23,907 nucleotides of DNA from Candidatus Thorarchaeota archaeon (GTDB lineage: Archaea > Asgardarchaeota > Thorarchaeia > Thorarchaeales > Thorarchaeaceae). The notes beneath the pieces were generated by a model that saw nothing but the letters and a program-made list of their open reading frames with translations, was not told where the DNA came from and made no database searches. The DNA is taken from NCBI GenBank assembly GCA_003345555.1, contig PRDJ01000076.1, positions 1-23,907 of the forward strand, given 5' to 3'. The position numbers were made by a program, and so were the translations under genes. Shown here one piece after another: positions 1 to 7,239 of this stretch (position 1 is the stretch's first letter; each line of letters opens with the position of its first letter).

Positions 1-2
1 TT

Positions 3-518
3 GATATTGACACGTTCTTGAAGACCGTGAACTTGGTAAGGCCTTCCAAGATACGAACCCAAGCGGATGAGGTCACGTATTCCTTGCATGTCATAATCCG
101 TTTCGAAATCGAAAGAGCCCTCTTCGGGGGCAAAGTCAAGGTCTCTGAGCTGCCACACCTCTGGAACGAGAAGTATGATGAATACCTAGGAGTCGAAATA
201 GAGAACGACTCGGAAGGCGTTATGCAGGATACCCACTGGGCCAGCGGCTACTATGGATACTTCCCTTCGTATGCTCTTGGTAATGTCTACGACGGGATGT
301 TTCTGGAGAAGCTCAACAAGTCCTTCCCCACTTGGAGACAGTCCCTGACAGGAGGAAAGCTTGAACCTATACTGAGCTGGTTGAGAGACAATGTCCATTC
401 GAAGGCTTCACTCTATGACCCCCGTGACTTAGCTCAGCGAGTGACCGGAATGAAGCTGACTGCCAAACCGTTCCTAGACTACGCGGAGAAGAAGTACTCG
501 CAGCTCTTCGCCCAATGA
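3..518 (+). CDS. Carboxypeptidase, peptidase family M32 (carboxypeptidase Taq-like), 3' part; 5' end lies outside the window
   Basis: Frame is open from the window edge (DIDTFLKTVNL...). Contains M32 C-terminal signatures IRTQADEVTYSLHVIIRFEIE and GVMQDTHWASGYYGYFPSYALG. TGA stop at 516-518. Confidence 0.9.
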   Translation, partial: DIDTFLKTVNLVRPSKIRTQADEVTYSLHVIIRFEIERALFGGKVKVSELPHLWNEKYDEYLGVEIENDSEGVMQDTHWASGYYGYFPSYALGNVYDGMFLEKLNKSFPTWRQSLTGGKLEPILSWLRDNVHSKASLYDPRDLAQRVTGMKLTAKPFLDYAEKKYSQLFAQ

Positions 519-612
519 AGGTAGTTGTTTGTATTCTTGCTGGAGACAACGCCAAATCCGATAACGCGCGGAAGTGAGCCTAGTCCGAGGTAAGACTGCT
601 GTCTATTTCGAC

Positions 613-1194
613 TCATAGGACGCCCTCCACCCGAAGCCTGACGATTGGGTTCGACCCGAAGACTCTGGCGGCAATCCAGTGGAGAGGGCGCGCTGCACCT
701 TCTCCCGTCTTGAAATCAACGCCGATGATTCTCACAAATCTAGGGCTGAACATCTGTCTGGCCGGGCGAAGCTCGTCGCGGGCATTGTGACCCGACGAGT
801 CAAAGACAAGGACTGCAGGTTTGATACCAGCTCCATAGGAATCGAATACCTGAATGAATCGGGCCAGGTCTCTTAGCGAATCTATGCGACTTATGTCTCC
901 GACCATGATGACCCCCGCATATCTTTCAAAGTACTCCCGGGGTGGGATGATGTCATACAGCTCCCACACCCAAGGACCATGTATTTCCAGATTCAGCTCA
1001 GCTGTCACCGCACCTGTCCCGACATCGACTGACAGATGGGCTACCCATTCATCTCTGGGCAAGCCGGACACGCTGTTCTCTGATTGCTTGTTCTTGCCAG
1101 AGACGATTCTGCCCTCCGTGGAAAGAATACAGTAGCGAAAGCAAGAATCCGGTTCTCCAACCACTACAACGCGGAAGCGTGCGGCGGATGTCAC
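613..1194 (-). CDS. Degenerate Ras/Rab-fold small GTPase-like protein (putative pseudo-GTPase)
   Basis: Size (193 aa) and segment order match a small G domain: FRVVVVGEPDSCFR (G1 region without GK[ST]), AELNLEIHGPW (beta3/G3 without DxxG), YFERYAGVIMVGDISRIDSLRDL (RabF4/F5-like), PAVLVFDSS (G4 without NKxD), VDFKTGEG (G5-like, cf. SAKTGEG). Confidence 0.6.
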   Translation of the reverse strand: MTSAARFRVVVVGEPDSCFRYCILSTEGRIVSGKNKQSENSVSGLPRDEWVAHLSVDVGTGAVTAELNLEIHGPWVWELYDIIPPREYFERYAGVIMVGDISRIDSLRDLARFIQVFDSYGAGIKPAVLVFDSSGHNARDELRPARQMFSPRFVRIIGVDFKTGEGAARPLHWIAARVFGSNPIVRLRVEGVL

Positions 1195-1242
1195 AGAAAC
1201 TGAGTCCCCTCTTGTTCTTCACGCCCGGTGAATGGCTTATCT

Positions 1243-1686
1243 CTAGGGGAACATTGCCAAAACGATCCCGACCGCATCTTCAACCAAATGGGAACAGACC
1301 TCTTGGAAGACACCTTTCTTCTCGGCCTCCGCCCGTGCCTGAGCATCACCAACATCGAACCCTATCAGTTCCCTGCAGATCGTTGTGCCTCTCTTCTCTC
1401 GGAATTCTTTGAGAAAACGAGCAGTGAGTTCGTATGTCAGCTTCTTGTGTTCGCGCACATCAGACGTTCTCTGCGCCGCTAGTACACCAATCGCCATAAT
1501 GGCCCCGCTGACGGCCCCACAAGTCTGGCCCTCATGTCCGATACCTCCGCCAAAACCCGCGGCAAGGTAGGGAGCCTCCTTGAAATAGCGTTTCTTCTTT
1601 TCGAGCAAGGCACTCAATACCGACTGGGCGCAATTGTAGCTCGTATTGAAGTACTCCCTGGCCTTCGTCTTTGCTTGTTCCGGCAT
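1243..1686 (-). CDS. C_GCAxxG_C_C family putative redox-active protein
   Basis: Four-Cys pattern YNCAQSV ... GFGGGIG...TCGAVSGA ... TICRELIG ... VCSHLVEDA. Start moved to the ATG at 1686 (MPEQAK) rather than the track's 1725. Confidence 0.85.
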   Translation of the reverse strand: MPEQAKTKAREYFNTSYNCAQSVLSALLEKKKRYFKEAPYLAAGFGGGIGHEGQTCGAVSGAIMAIGVLAAQRTSDVREHKKLTYELTARFLKEFREKRGTTICRELIGFDVGDAQARAEAEKKGVFQEVCSHLVEDAVGIVLAMFP

Positions 1687-1748
1687 ATCAAACACGACCG
1701 TAGTATAAGTGCTGAATAGCATCACGCTTGATACATATCAGTCTTCTC

Positions 1749-1793
1749 AAAAAAAGAAAAGCTCCTCGAATTCGACCGGACAGACGCAGTCCG
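1749..1793 (-). terminator. Probable intrinsic terminator (5-bp hairpin plus oligo-T tract) after the 1794-2291 gene
   Basis: On the minus strand, the hairpin CGGAC-N7-GTCCG (1777-1793) follows the stop codon directly, and TTTTCTTTTTTT lies at 1760-1749. Confidence 0.5.
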
Positions 1794-2291
1794 CTATTTC
1801 TCTGGGATCTCACTCGATTCCGCAGCCATTTCGGACCATTTGGCGGCAAGTTGATCTCGTCGTGGTTTGTAGACTTGCTCGAAGAACTTGGCCTGAGAAA
1901 GGAGAAGCTCACGGTCGAAGTTCTCCATCAGCTCAAGGGCTTCAGTCCATGCCTTGTCATAGCTTCGGCCGAACCGTGATGATATTCGTCCCTTGAATTC
2001 CTCTTCGGTTTGCACCTTGCCCCCAAAAGTGAAAACCAAAGGTTCAGATTCCGCTTTGTAGGCTTTCTCATCACCCAAATGGAACTCTTCAGGCATCTCA
2101 GCTGCTGCCTCCATTCTCTTGGGCCGGACAGCAGATTTGAGGGGCGCAGTCGACTTGAAGCCCCGCTTAGCCGCAGCGTAGAAAATCGCACGGTTCAAGC
2201 CCCAACTTCTTGCCGCTTTGTCGTCTAGACCCAGAGCATGTGCTCGGGCTGCTTGAAGCATAGCCATGACCTGAAATCTGCCAACACTCAT
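1794..2291 (-). CDS. Conserved archaeal hypothetical protein
   Basis: N-terminal block VGRFQVMAMLQAARAHALGL...SWGLNRAIFYAAAKRGF resembles an uncharacterised archaeal family I recall. ATG at 2291 (MSVGRF) is preferred over the track's 2315. Confidence 0.7.
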   Translation of the reverse strand: MSVGRFQVMAMLQAARAHALGLDDKAARSWGLNRAIFYAAAKRGFKSTAPLKSAVRPKRMEAAAEMPEEFHLGDEKAYKAESEPLVFTFGGKVQTEEEFKGRISSRFGRSYDKAWTEALELMENFDRELLLSQAKFFEQVYKPRRDQLAAKWSEMAAESSEIPEK

Positions 2292-2393
2292 TTGCGAGGA
2301 AGTCCTCCTGAACACTCACAAAGAGCACAACATAGTGCCTGTGACTCGGTCCCTTCCATACATCGCTGAGCCTTTTGAGTCTTAGCGGAGGAT

Positions 2394-2407
2394 TCCTCAT
2401 ATGAGGA
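2394..2407. promoter_or_regulatory. Perfect 14-bp palindrome TCCTCATATGAGGA (operator or terminator hairpin)
   Basis: Exact dyad 10 nt downstream of the pmbA stop and about 100 nt upstream of the next minus-strand gene. Confidence 0.35.
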
Positions 2408-2416
2408 GTTTCATAA

Positions 2417-3811
2417 TTAACCTACGACAGAGAAACCATCAAAGAGCAGGCTTGGGCACCGAGGGCCGTAGGGACTCAGCTTCACATCATTTCCAATGCC
2501 TGCCAAGTTCTTGAGACCTTCATAGAACTGACCGGCAACGGACACGGGTTGGAGCGGATGCTTTACGGCTCCTCCTTCGATAAGATAAGCCGATTTTGCG
2601 ACTACCGAGAACTGGCCTGTACTGGGATCGCTGTGAAAAACGCCAATCGGTGGGTCGGTTATCAGAACTGCTCTGCCATCAACTGAAGAGACTAGCTCAT
2701 CTAGCGTCTTGGAACCCGGAGCGACAGCGAGGCCCTTGGTAAAGACTGTAATTGACGATTCATAGGGAGTCACTTCTCCGAATACAGGTGCCCCTCGTGA
2801 GCAATTCCCAGTAGACTCGACACCAAATGCTCGACCATAGTAGCTGTTGAACAGAAACATCTTCAGTGTGCCTGAGTCTACGATTATGTTCTTCTGTTGA
2901 GGTAAGCCTTCGGCATCCACACTTTCTGTCCCGAGCCCGTCAACCCTCTGTCCATCATCCTCTAGATTGAAGCCTTCACTGGCAACCGAATCCCCAATCC
3001 GGTCACATAATGGGGAAGTCTTCTCGACGACGGCACGCCCAAGAACACCCTGACCAATGCCAATCAGAACGTAGGATGCAGCAGCTTCCTGCTTCCACAA
3101 GGTTGGCATAACGGCAGTTGAGTCGAGCTTCTTGGCCCCATGTTGCTTGATAGCATCCTTTGCAGCCTCCTCTCCTAGACCTTCTGTTGTGAACAAGCGG
3201 TCGCAGGCGGCATCATACTTGCTGGCGGTCTTCCGTTCCTCGCCTTCGATTGACATTACGTCGACACCACAGACATTGCGTCCGGATCTAGATGCCCTCT
3301 GAAGGCCACGTGTGTTACCCACTGCGAATGCGCCCCACGAGGCACTGCACTGCGTCCCCACAACCTTAACCCTGGAGTCCACCTGACGAGCCTCGTCAAT
3401 CATCTTCTGACCGTGATGGAGAAGATCTTCGACCCCTATCGACAGGATTTCCTTCGAGAACTTGCATTCGCGTCCCGGTTTTTTCGCTTCGCAGAAGCCC
3501 TCAAATTTGTCGTCTTCGGCCGTCACTCCATTAACGACTGACAGTGCTTCTTTCACACTGACCTTGATTCTTTCGGCACTAACTCCGCTCGCGCATGCGA
3601 AACCTATTCGCTTTCCTTTCGCAGCTCTGACAGCGTTGCCTGCGACAATACCATCCTTTGCTGTGACCACTCCTTGGTCGATTTCGGCACGGGCAACATT
3701 GCGATAGTAAAGGTAAACCTCGTATTCTGCCGACTTGTCCAATCTAGTCGCAAACTTCAGGCCTGTATCCAGAACAGATAGCAGCTCATCCTTAACATCT
3801 TCGTACTCCAT
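2417..3811 (-). CDS. pmbA: TldE/PmbA family protein (non-catalytic subunit of the TldDE metalloprotease)
   Basis: 464 aa with PmbA features: GNAVRAAKGKRIGFA, GNTRG, FNLEDDG...DAEGLP...IVDSGTLKMFL, STGNCSRG, GQFSV, VSVAGQFYEGLKNL. No HExxxH. Lies 16 nt downstream of tldD. Confidence 0.9.
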   Translation of the reverse strand: MEYEDVKDELLSVLDTGLKFATRLDKSAEYEVYLYYRNVARAEIDQGVVTAKDGIVAGNAVRAAKGKRIGFACASGVSAERIKVSVKEALSVVNGVTAEDDKFEGFCEAKKPGRECKFSKEILSIGVEDLLHHGQKMIDEARQVDSRVKVVGTQCSASWGAFAVGNTRGLQRASRSGRNVCGVDVMSIEGEERKTASKYDAACDRLFTTEGLGEEAAKDAIKQHGAKKLDSTAVMPTLWKQEAAASYVLIGIGQGVLGRAVVEKTSPLCDRIGDSVASEGFNLEDDGQRVDGLGTESVDAEGLPQQKNIIVDSGTLKMFLFNSYYGRAFGVESTGNCSRGAPVFGEVTPYESSITVFTKGLAVAPGSKTLDELVSSVDGRAVLITDPPIGVFHSDPSTGQFSVVAKSAYLIEGGAVKHPLQPVSVAGQFYEGLKNLAGIGNDVKLSPYGPRCPSLLFDGFSVVG

Positions 3812-3827
3812 TCGAAACGCCTCCCGC

Positions 3828-5252
3828 TCATGCTTGACCTCCGAAAGTCACACCATCGACGATAAGTTTGGGTCCGCCCAGACCCACAGGCAAAGGAAAC
3901 TGATCGGCTTTCCCACAACCGCCAAAATAGCCAGACGTAATCTCGAAGTCTTTGGTTGCCCCTTCAATGTGAGAAAGGAGGTCTAGTATGTTGCCGGAGA
4001 GAGCCACTTCCCTCAAAGGATACTTGATCTCGCCTCCTTCGACCCAGTATCCTCTGATTGCTATGAATAGAAAGCTTCCATCCCCTTCAACCTGACCACC
4101 CTCTGACTGTATTGCATATACCCCGGTTCCCAACTTCTCTAATGCCTCCTCCTCTGTCAGATCGCCCGGAAGGAAGTATGTGTTGGTCATCCTCACAATC
4201 GGTGGAAAGAGGAAACTCACTGCCCTAGAATTACCAGTTAACCTCTGACCCAGCTTTTGAGCAGTCCCCCTGTTGTGAAGATAGTGAGTGAGAACACCTT
4301 TGTCCAGCACTGTGGTGAGACCCGTCCTGACGCCCTGATCATCAAACGGCAACCACAACCCGCCATAAGTCTTGATATCAGGGGTTCCGGCATCGACTAT
4401 GCATGCGGCGTCGCTACCGAGACGAGTTCCAATCTTGTCTGTCAGTGGGGAAGCGCCAGTTACCACGAAATCTGCTTCACTCAGATGACCAAACGACTCA
4501 TGTGCCAAGACACCGACTAGCCTGTTTTCAACCAGCGCTCGGAACTTACCTCCGGGACAAGCCTCTGCTTTGAGTTGTTCCTTAGCTCGGCTACCAGCTT
4601 CTTGTCCCATTTCGTCAGGGGTTTTGCCTTTCTTCCCGTAATGCTCGAGACCCACGGACCCACCGTAACCCTCTGCGCCCACTACCAGTGCGCCAGCGTC
4701 AGTCTTTGATGTAACAATGCACCTGAGGTCTGTGACAAGAAAGTCCCAGTCAATCTCGGACCCGTCACTATTCGCAAGGACCTTCTTACCGTACAGCTCT
4801 CCGTATAGACCTCGAACATTCCTGATGTTCGCCCCATGCTCTCTTGCCGCCTGGACCATTCTGTTGACCAAGTCTGTCTTGAAAGTCAGGTCTCGCTGAC
4901 TCGGGTGAACAGCAGGGCGAAGTGTGTCAGAGGGACGACTCTTTACGGCTTTGGCTTTCGCGAATGGAAGCTTGAGCTTCGCGGACGGAACTGAGGCTCG
5001 GGCCATCCTGAAGGCCTTCAGAGTTGCGGCGCGAATGTCCTTCAGAGTGATGCCTGACGAGAATGAATAGCCCGAGACACCTTCGATGTAGCATGTCACT
5101 CCTATTCCCGTACGCGACTTGACTTGGATGTCCTTCCATGTGTCATCGGAACGGTCCAACGTTCGTAACGTAAGGTCATCATAGCGGGCTTCCACAAAGT
5201 TCGCCCCAAGCTTCTCTCCATAGTCGATGCATTTCTGAAGCGTGTCCAACAT
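3828..5252 (-). CDS. tldD: TldD family metalloprotease
   Basis: Zn-binding LAHESFGHLSEAD, FDDQGV, TGNSRA, PIVRMTNTYFLPGD and the C-terminal GGCGK cysteine ligand. ATG at 5252. Confidence 0.92.
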   Translation of the reverse strand: MLDTLQKCIDYGEKLGANFVEARYDDLTLRTLDRSDDTWKDIQVKSRTGIGVTCYIEGVSGYSFSSGITLKDIRAATLKAFRMARASVPSAKLKLPFAKAKAVKSRPSDTLRPAVHPSQRDLTFKTDLVNRMVQAAREHGANIRNVRGLYGELYGKKVLANSDGSEIDWDFLVTDLRCIVTSKTDAGALVVGAEGYGGSVGLEHYGKKGKTPDEMGQEAGSRAKEQLKAEACPGGKFRALVENRLVGVLAHESFGHLSEADFVVTGASPLTDKIGTRLGSDAACIVDAGTPDIKTYGGLWLPFDDQGVRTGLTTVLDKGVLTHYLHNRGTAQKLGQRLTGNSRAVSFLFPPIVRMTNTYFLPGDLTEEEALEKLGTGVYAIQSEGGQVEGDGSFLFIAIRGYWVEGGEIKYPLREVALSGNILDLLSHIEGATKDFEITSGYFGGCGKADQFPLPVGLGGPKLIVDGVTFGGQA

Positions 5253-5726
5253 CAAGATGCGCTCCCTGTGTTGTGCAAACAGACTGACCGGTCAATGAAA
5301 CAAGGACGGTCTCAAAGCTTGTTGCTAAACACTCCTCCATTTTAACATAATCATTCAAGAAGGGCCCTCGACTCAGGATGTAGGGGAAGTACTCTGGACA
5401 CCAAACCAACTTCGACACTTCACCCAATCGTGGTATTCTCTTCTATCACTTTCCTGAACTGTTGTTGGACTACGTTCTCACAATTCCATTCAGAGAGATG
5501 CTAGGACTCCATATCTTACACGTCACTACACTGTATGCCGCTGTTTTCGGCATAGTAGGTGTGTCCTTCAGAATGAACAGGACCATGGACATCATAGTGA
5601 CAGGATCTTTGTAAATCTCCTTTGCGTGTCTGCTCTACATGTATTTGGGTCATACCCCCACATAGGAAAGAGACTCACAATGGCATGAGACTAATCCCCG
5701 CCAATTCCACTCTAGAGGATTATGGA

Positions 5727-5734
5727 TTTATATA
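5727..5734 (+). promoter_or_regulatory. Putative TATA box (TTTATATA)
   Basis: Archaeal TATA consensus inside a 740-bp apparent intergenic gap, about 30 nt upstream of the cryptic ORF at 5766. Confidence 0.35.
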
Positions 5735-5765
5735 GCAGTTGTAGAATTAAAGGAGGATTGAGGCC

Positions 5766-6002
5766 ACGAAAATTCCCGTCGACTCGCCCGCTGGAAATCT
5801 GAGTGGATCCATAGAAGTCTTCGCCAATCTCGGTTCTGCGTTTGTTCCCCGATTCACTGACCGGAATTCCAACTGTATAATTGTCGACTAGGATATGTTC
5901 GTGCTGCCACGAGTTGAGAGATTCTCGAAAACATTCGCCAAGGGAGATTGGACACTTCCAGAAGACACCGAAGTAATCGTGCGAGGTAATCCACATGGTT
6001 GA
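5766..6002 (+). pseudogene. Cryptic ~78-codon ORF with ACG at the putative start and one in-frame TAG (5889-5891); pseudogene, recoded gene or chance ORF
   Basis: AGGAGG at 5751-5756, 9 nt spacer, then ACG AAA ATT CCC...: (M)KIPVDSPAGNLSGSIEVFANLGSAFVPRFTDRNSNCIIVD*DMFVLPRVERFSKTFAKGDWTLPEDTEVIVRGNPHG*. Ends with an 8-nt ATGGTTGA overlap onto the next gene. No family recognised. Confidence 0.25.
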
Positions 6003-6204
6003 AAGCAAGAAGAAGAAAGTGAAAGCCAAGCCCAAGACTAAGGCCAAGTCTAAGGCCAAGACTGCAACTAAAGCCAAGACCAAGACTAGGGCCAAGTCTA
6101 AGGCCAAGACTGCAACTAAGGCCAAGACCAAGGCCAAGACTACGACTAAAGCCAAGACTAAGACCAAGGCTAAGACAAAGGCCAAGACCAAAGCTAAGAA
6201 GTGA
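5995..6204 (+). CDS. Small, extremely basic Lys/Ala/Thr-rich protein (histone H1 C-terminal tail / Hc2-like), putative nucleic-acid-condensing protein
   Basis: 69 aa: 31 Lys, 1 Arg, 14 Ala, 15 Thr, a single acidic residue. GAGGT SD upstream. Synonymous variation between repeat units (ACT/ACC/ACA/ACG, AAA/AAG, GCC/GCT/GCA) indicates protein-level selection. Confidence 0.7.
   Translation: MVESKKKKVKAKPKTKAKSKAKTATKAKTKTRAKSKAKTATKAKTKAKTTTKAKTKTKAKTKAKTKAKK
6040..6135 (+). repeat. Two tandem 48-bp (16-codon) units plus shorter AAGGCCAAGAC-type repeats within the Lys-rich gene
   Basis: KAKSKAKTATKAKTKT (6040-6087) and RAKSKAKTATKAKTKA (6088-6135) are near-identical at the DNA level. Confidence 0.85.
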
Positions 6205-6227
6205 ATTCTTCGTGTGTGTATCGCCGA

Positions 6228-6296
6228 GAGAGAGATATCCATAGCCAAGGCCAAGGAATGCCTTGCTTGTTCCAATCAAATCATGGATTCTCTCTC
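6228..6296 (+). other. Predicted RNA stem-loop 3' of the Lys-rich gene
   Basis: 6228-6242 pairs with 6283-6296 (14 bp with one bulged T), enclosing an inner hairpin CAAGG-AATG-CCTTG (6252-6265). Confidence 0.4.
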
Positions 6297-6475
6297 AGAG
6301 GCTCAATGACACGAACAGTGCCCCCGGGTTCGAGGCCACGGCTTCACGCCAAGCGATGTCTCCAATTCCGGCACTGACATAACGCGGCCGCACCTCCGAG
6401 AGGGAATTCTTACTTGAGGAGAGCATAAAAGGAACGTTGTCACATCGCTAACTGAACGAGTCAGATGGAATCCCG

Positions 6476-6883
6476 ATGGTCGGTAAGATCTATGTAATCA
6501 GCTGCAATCAAGACTTAGTCAAAATGGGTGTGGACCGAGTCAGAACGGCTGTCAATGGTTTAGAGGAAACGCCCATCTCACTCGACTGGTCGAATGCACG
6601 GTTGGTGCCAGTAATCGCCAATGAGAGAGTAGCATATCAAGCAGGAGAAACGAAGATTACAGGTATCAAGCCGATATCGGTCCCGGCTTACCACATGGTT
6701 GTCCAGTCGTTCTATGGCTCCAATGGCATGGGACACCTCTTCTGCATAGGTGCACCTGAGTTCAAACCATTTTATGAAGGACGAGTCGCCAGCGTCGCAA
6801 TGTTCCAGTCAAGAATCAAGTCATCGGTCTTAATCGGAGACCTCCTTGGTCAAGTCATCGTGGTACCCGGGAAGAAGAGATGA
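6476..6883 (+). CDS. DUF22-like archaeal beta-rich protein
   Basis: Pattern VIANERV...GETKITGIKPISVP...GHLFCIG...FYEGRV...AMF...IGDLLGQV resembles archaeal DUF22 domains (recognised from memory, not searched). Confidence 0.5.
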   Translation: MVGKIYVISCNQDLVKMGVDRVRTAVNGLEETPISLDWSNARLVPVIANERVAYQAGETKITGIKPISVPAYHMVVQSFYGSNGMGHLFCIGAPEFKPFYEGRVASVAMFQSRIKSSVLIGDLLGQVIVVPGKKR

Positions 6884-6924
6884 GGCCTCCATCCCCGGTA
6901 GTCCAGCGGCGATGGTTGAGCCCG

Positions 6925-7224
6925 TTAGAGGGAAATCATTCTGTCATACCCGTCCATGATTAGGTCGACCATCTCAGAGTAGCTAACTAGGTCAACACCC
7001 GGAATGAGTCGATCACTGATGCCCCGTTCCATGACATGTATACGAGATACGTGGACAGGAACACCTAGTTTCTGAATGCCTTTAGAGACAGGGTTGCCCT
7101 TGTCGGCTTGGAATACTCCATCCTGTACTAGGAGAAGCCCAGTTTCTATCCGCTGCTTCTTCAGCCCCTCAACGATTTCGTTTAGACTTGAGCAATCACC
7201 CGACAGCCAGATGAGTACCTTCGT
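6925..7224 (-). CDS. dsrH: DsrH/TusB family sulfur-relay protein; not in the ORF track, apparent ACG start
   Basis: My translation: (M)KVLIWLSGDCSSLNEIVEGLKKQRIETGLLLVQDGVFQADKGNPVSKGIQKLGVPVHVSRIHVMERGISDRLIPGVDLVSYSEMVDLIMDGYDRMISL*, 99 aa, TAA at 6927-6925. Has the DsrH hallmarks LLLxQDGV and ERGI...L...V..VSY.EMVDLI. Third gene after dsrE-dsrF. No in-frame ATG/GTG/TTG before codon ~65. Confidence 0.85.
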   Translation of the reverse strand, partial: TKVLIWLSGDCSSLNEIVEGLKKQRIETGLLLVQDGVFQADKGNPVSKGIQKLGVPVHVSRIHVMERGISDRLIPGVDLVSYSEMVDLIMDGYDRMISL

Positions 7225-7239
7225 TGTTTTCTCCTCCTT

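Noticed and set aside
6010-6200. Short repeats resembling a CRISPR array or VNTR
   Set aside because: There are no unique spacers. Units are codon-phased and vary at third positions, so this is a coding repeat.
3828-6204. TldDE plus a small peptide as a microcin/RiPP cluster
   Set aside because: There are no modifying enzymes (YcaO, radical SAM) or exporter, the peptide has no leader/core organisation, and tldD-pmbA pairs are common housekeeping genes.
5712-6279. Long minus-strand ORFs (187 aa and 141 aa) with LALVL/LGLGL repeats that look like membrane proteins
   Set aside because: They are antisense shadows of the low-complexity Lys-rich gene. The plus-strand frame has the SD and the synonymous-codon pattern.
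6321-6345. GGTTCGAG resembling a tRNA T-loop
   Set aside because: The flanks do not form the 5-bp T-stem and no acceptor or anticodon arms can be built.
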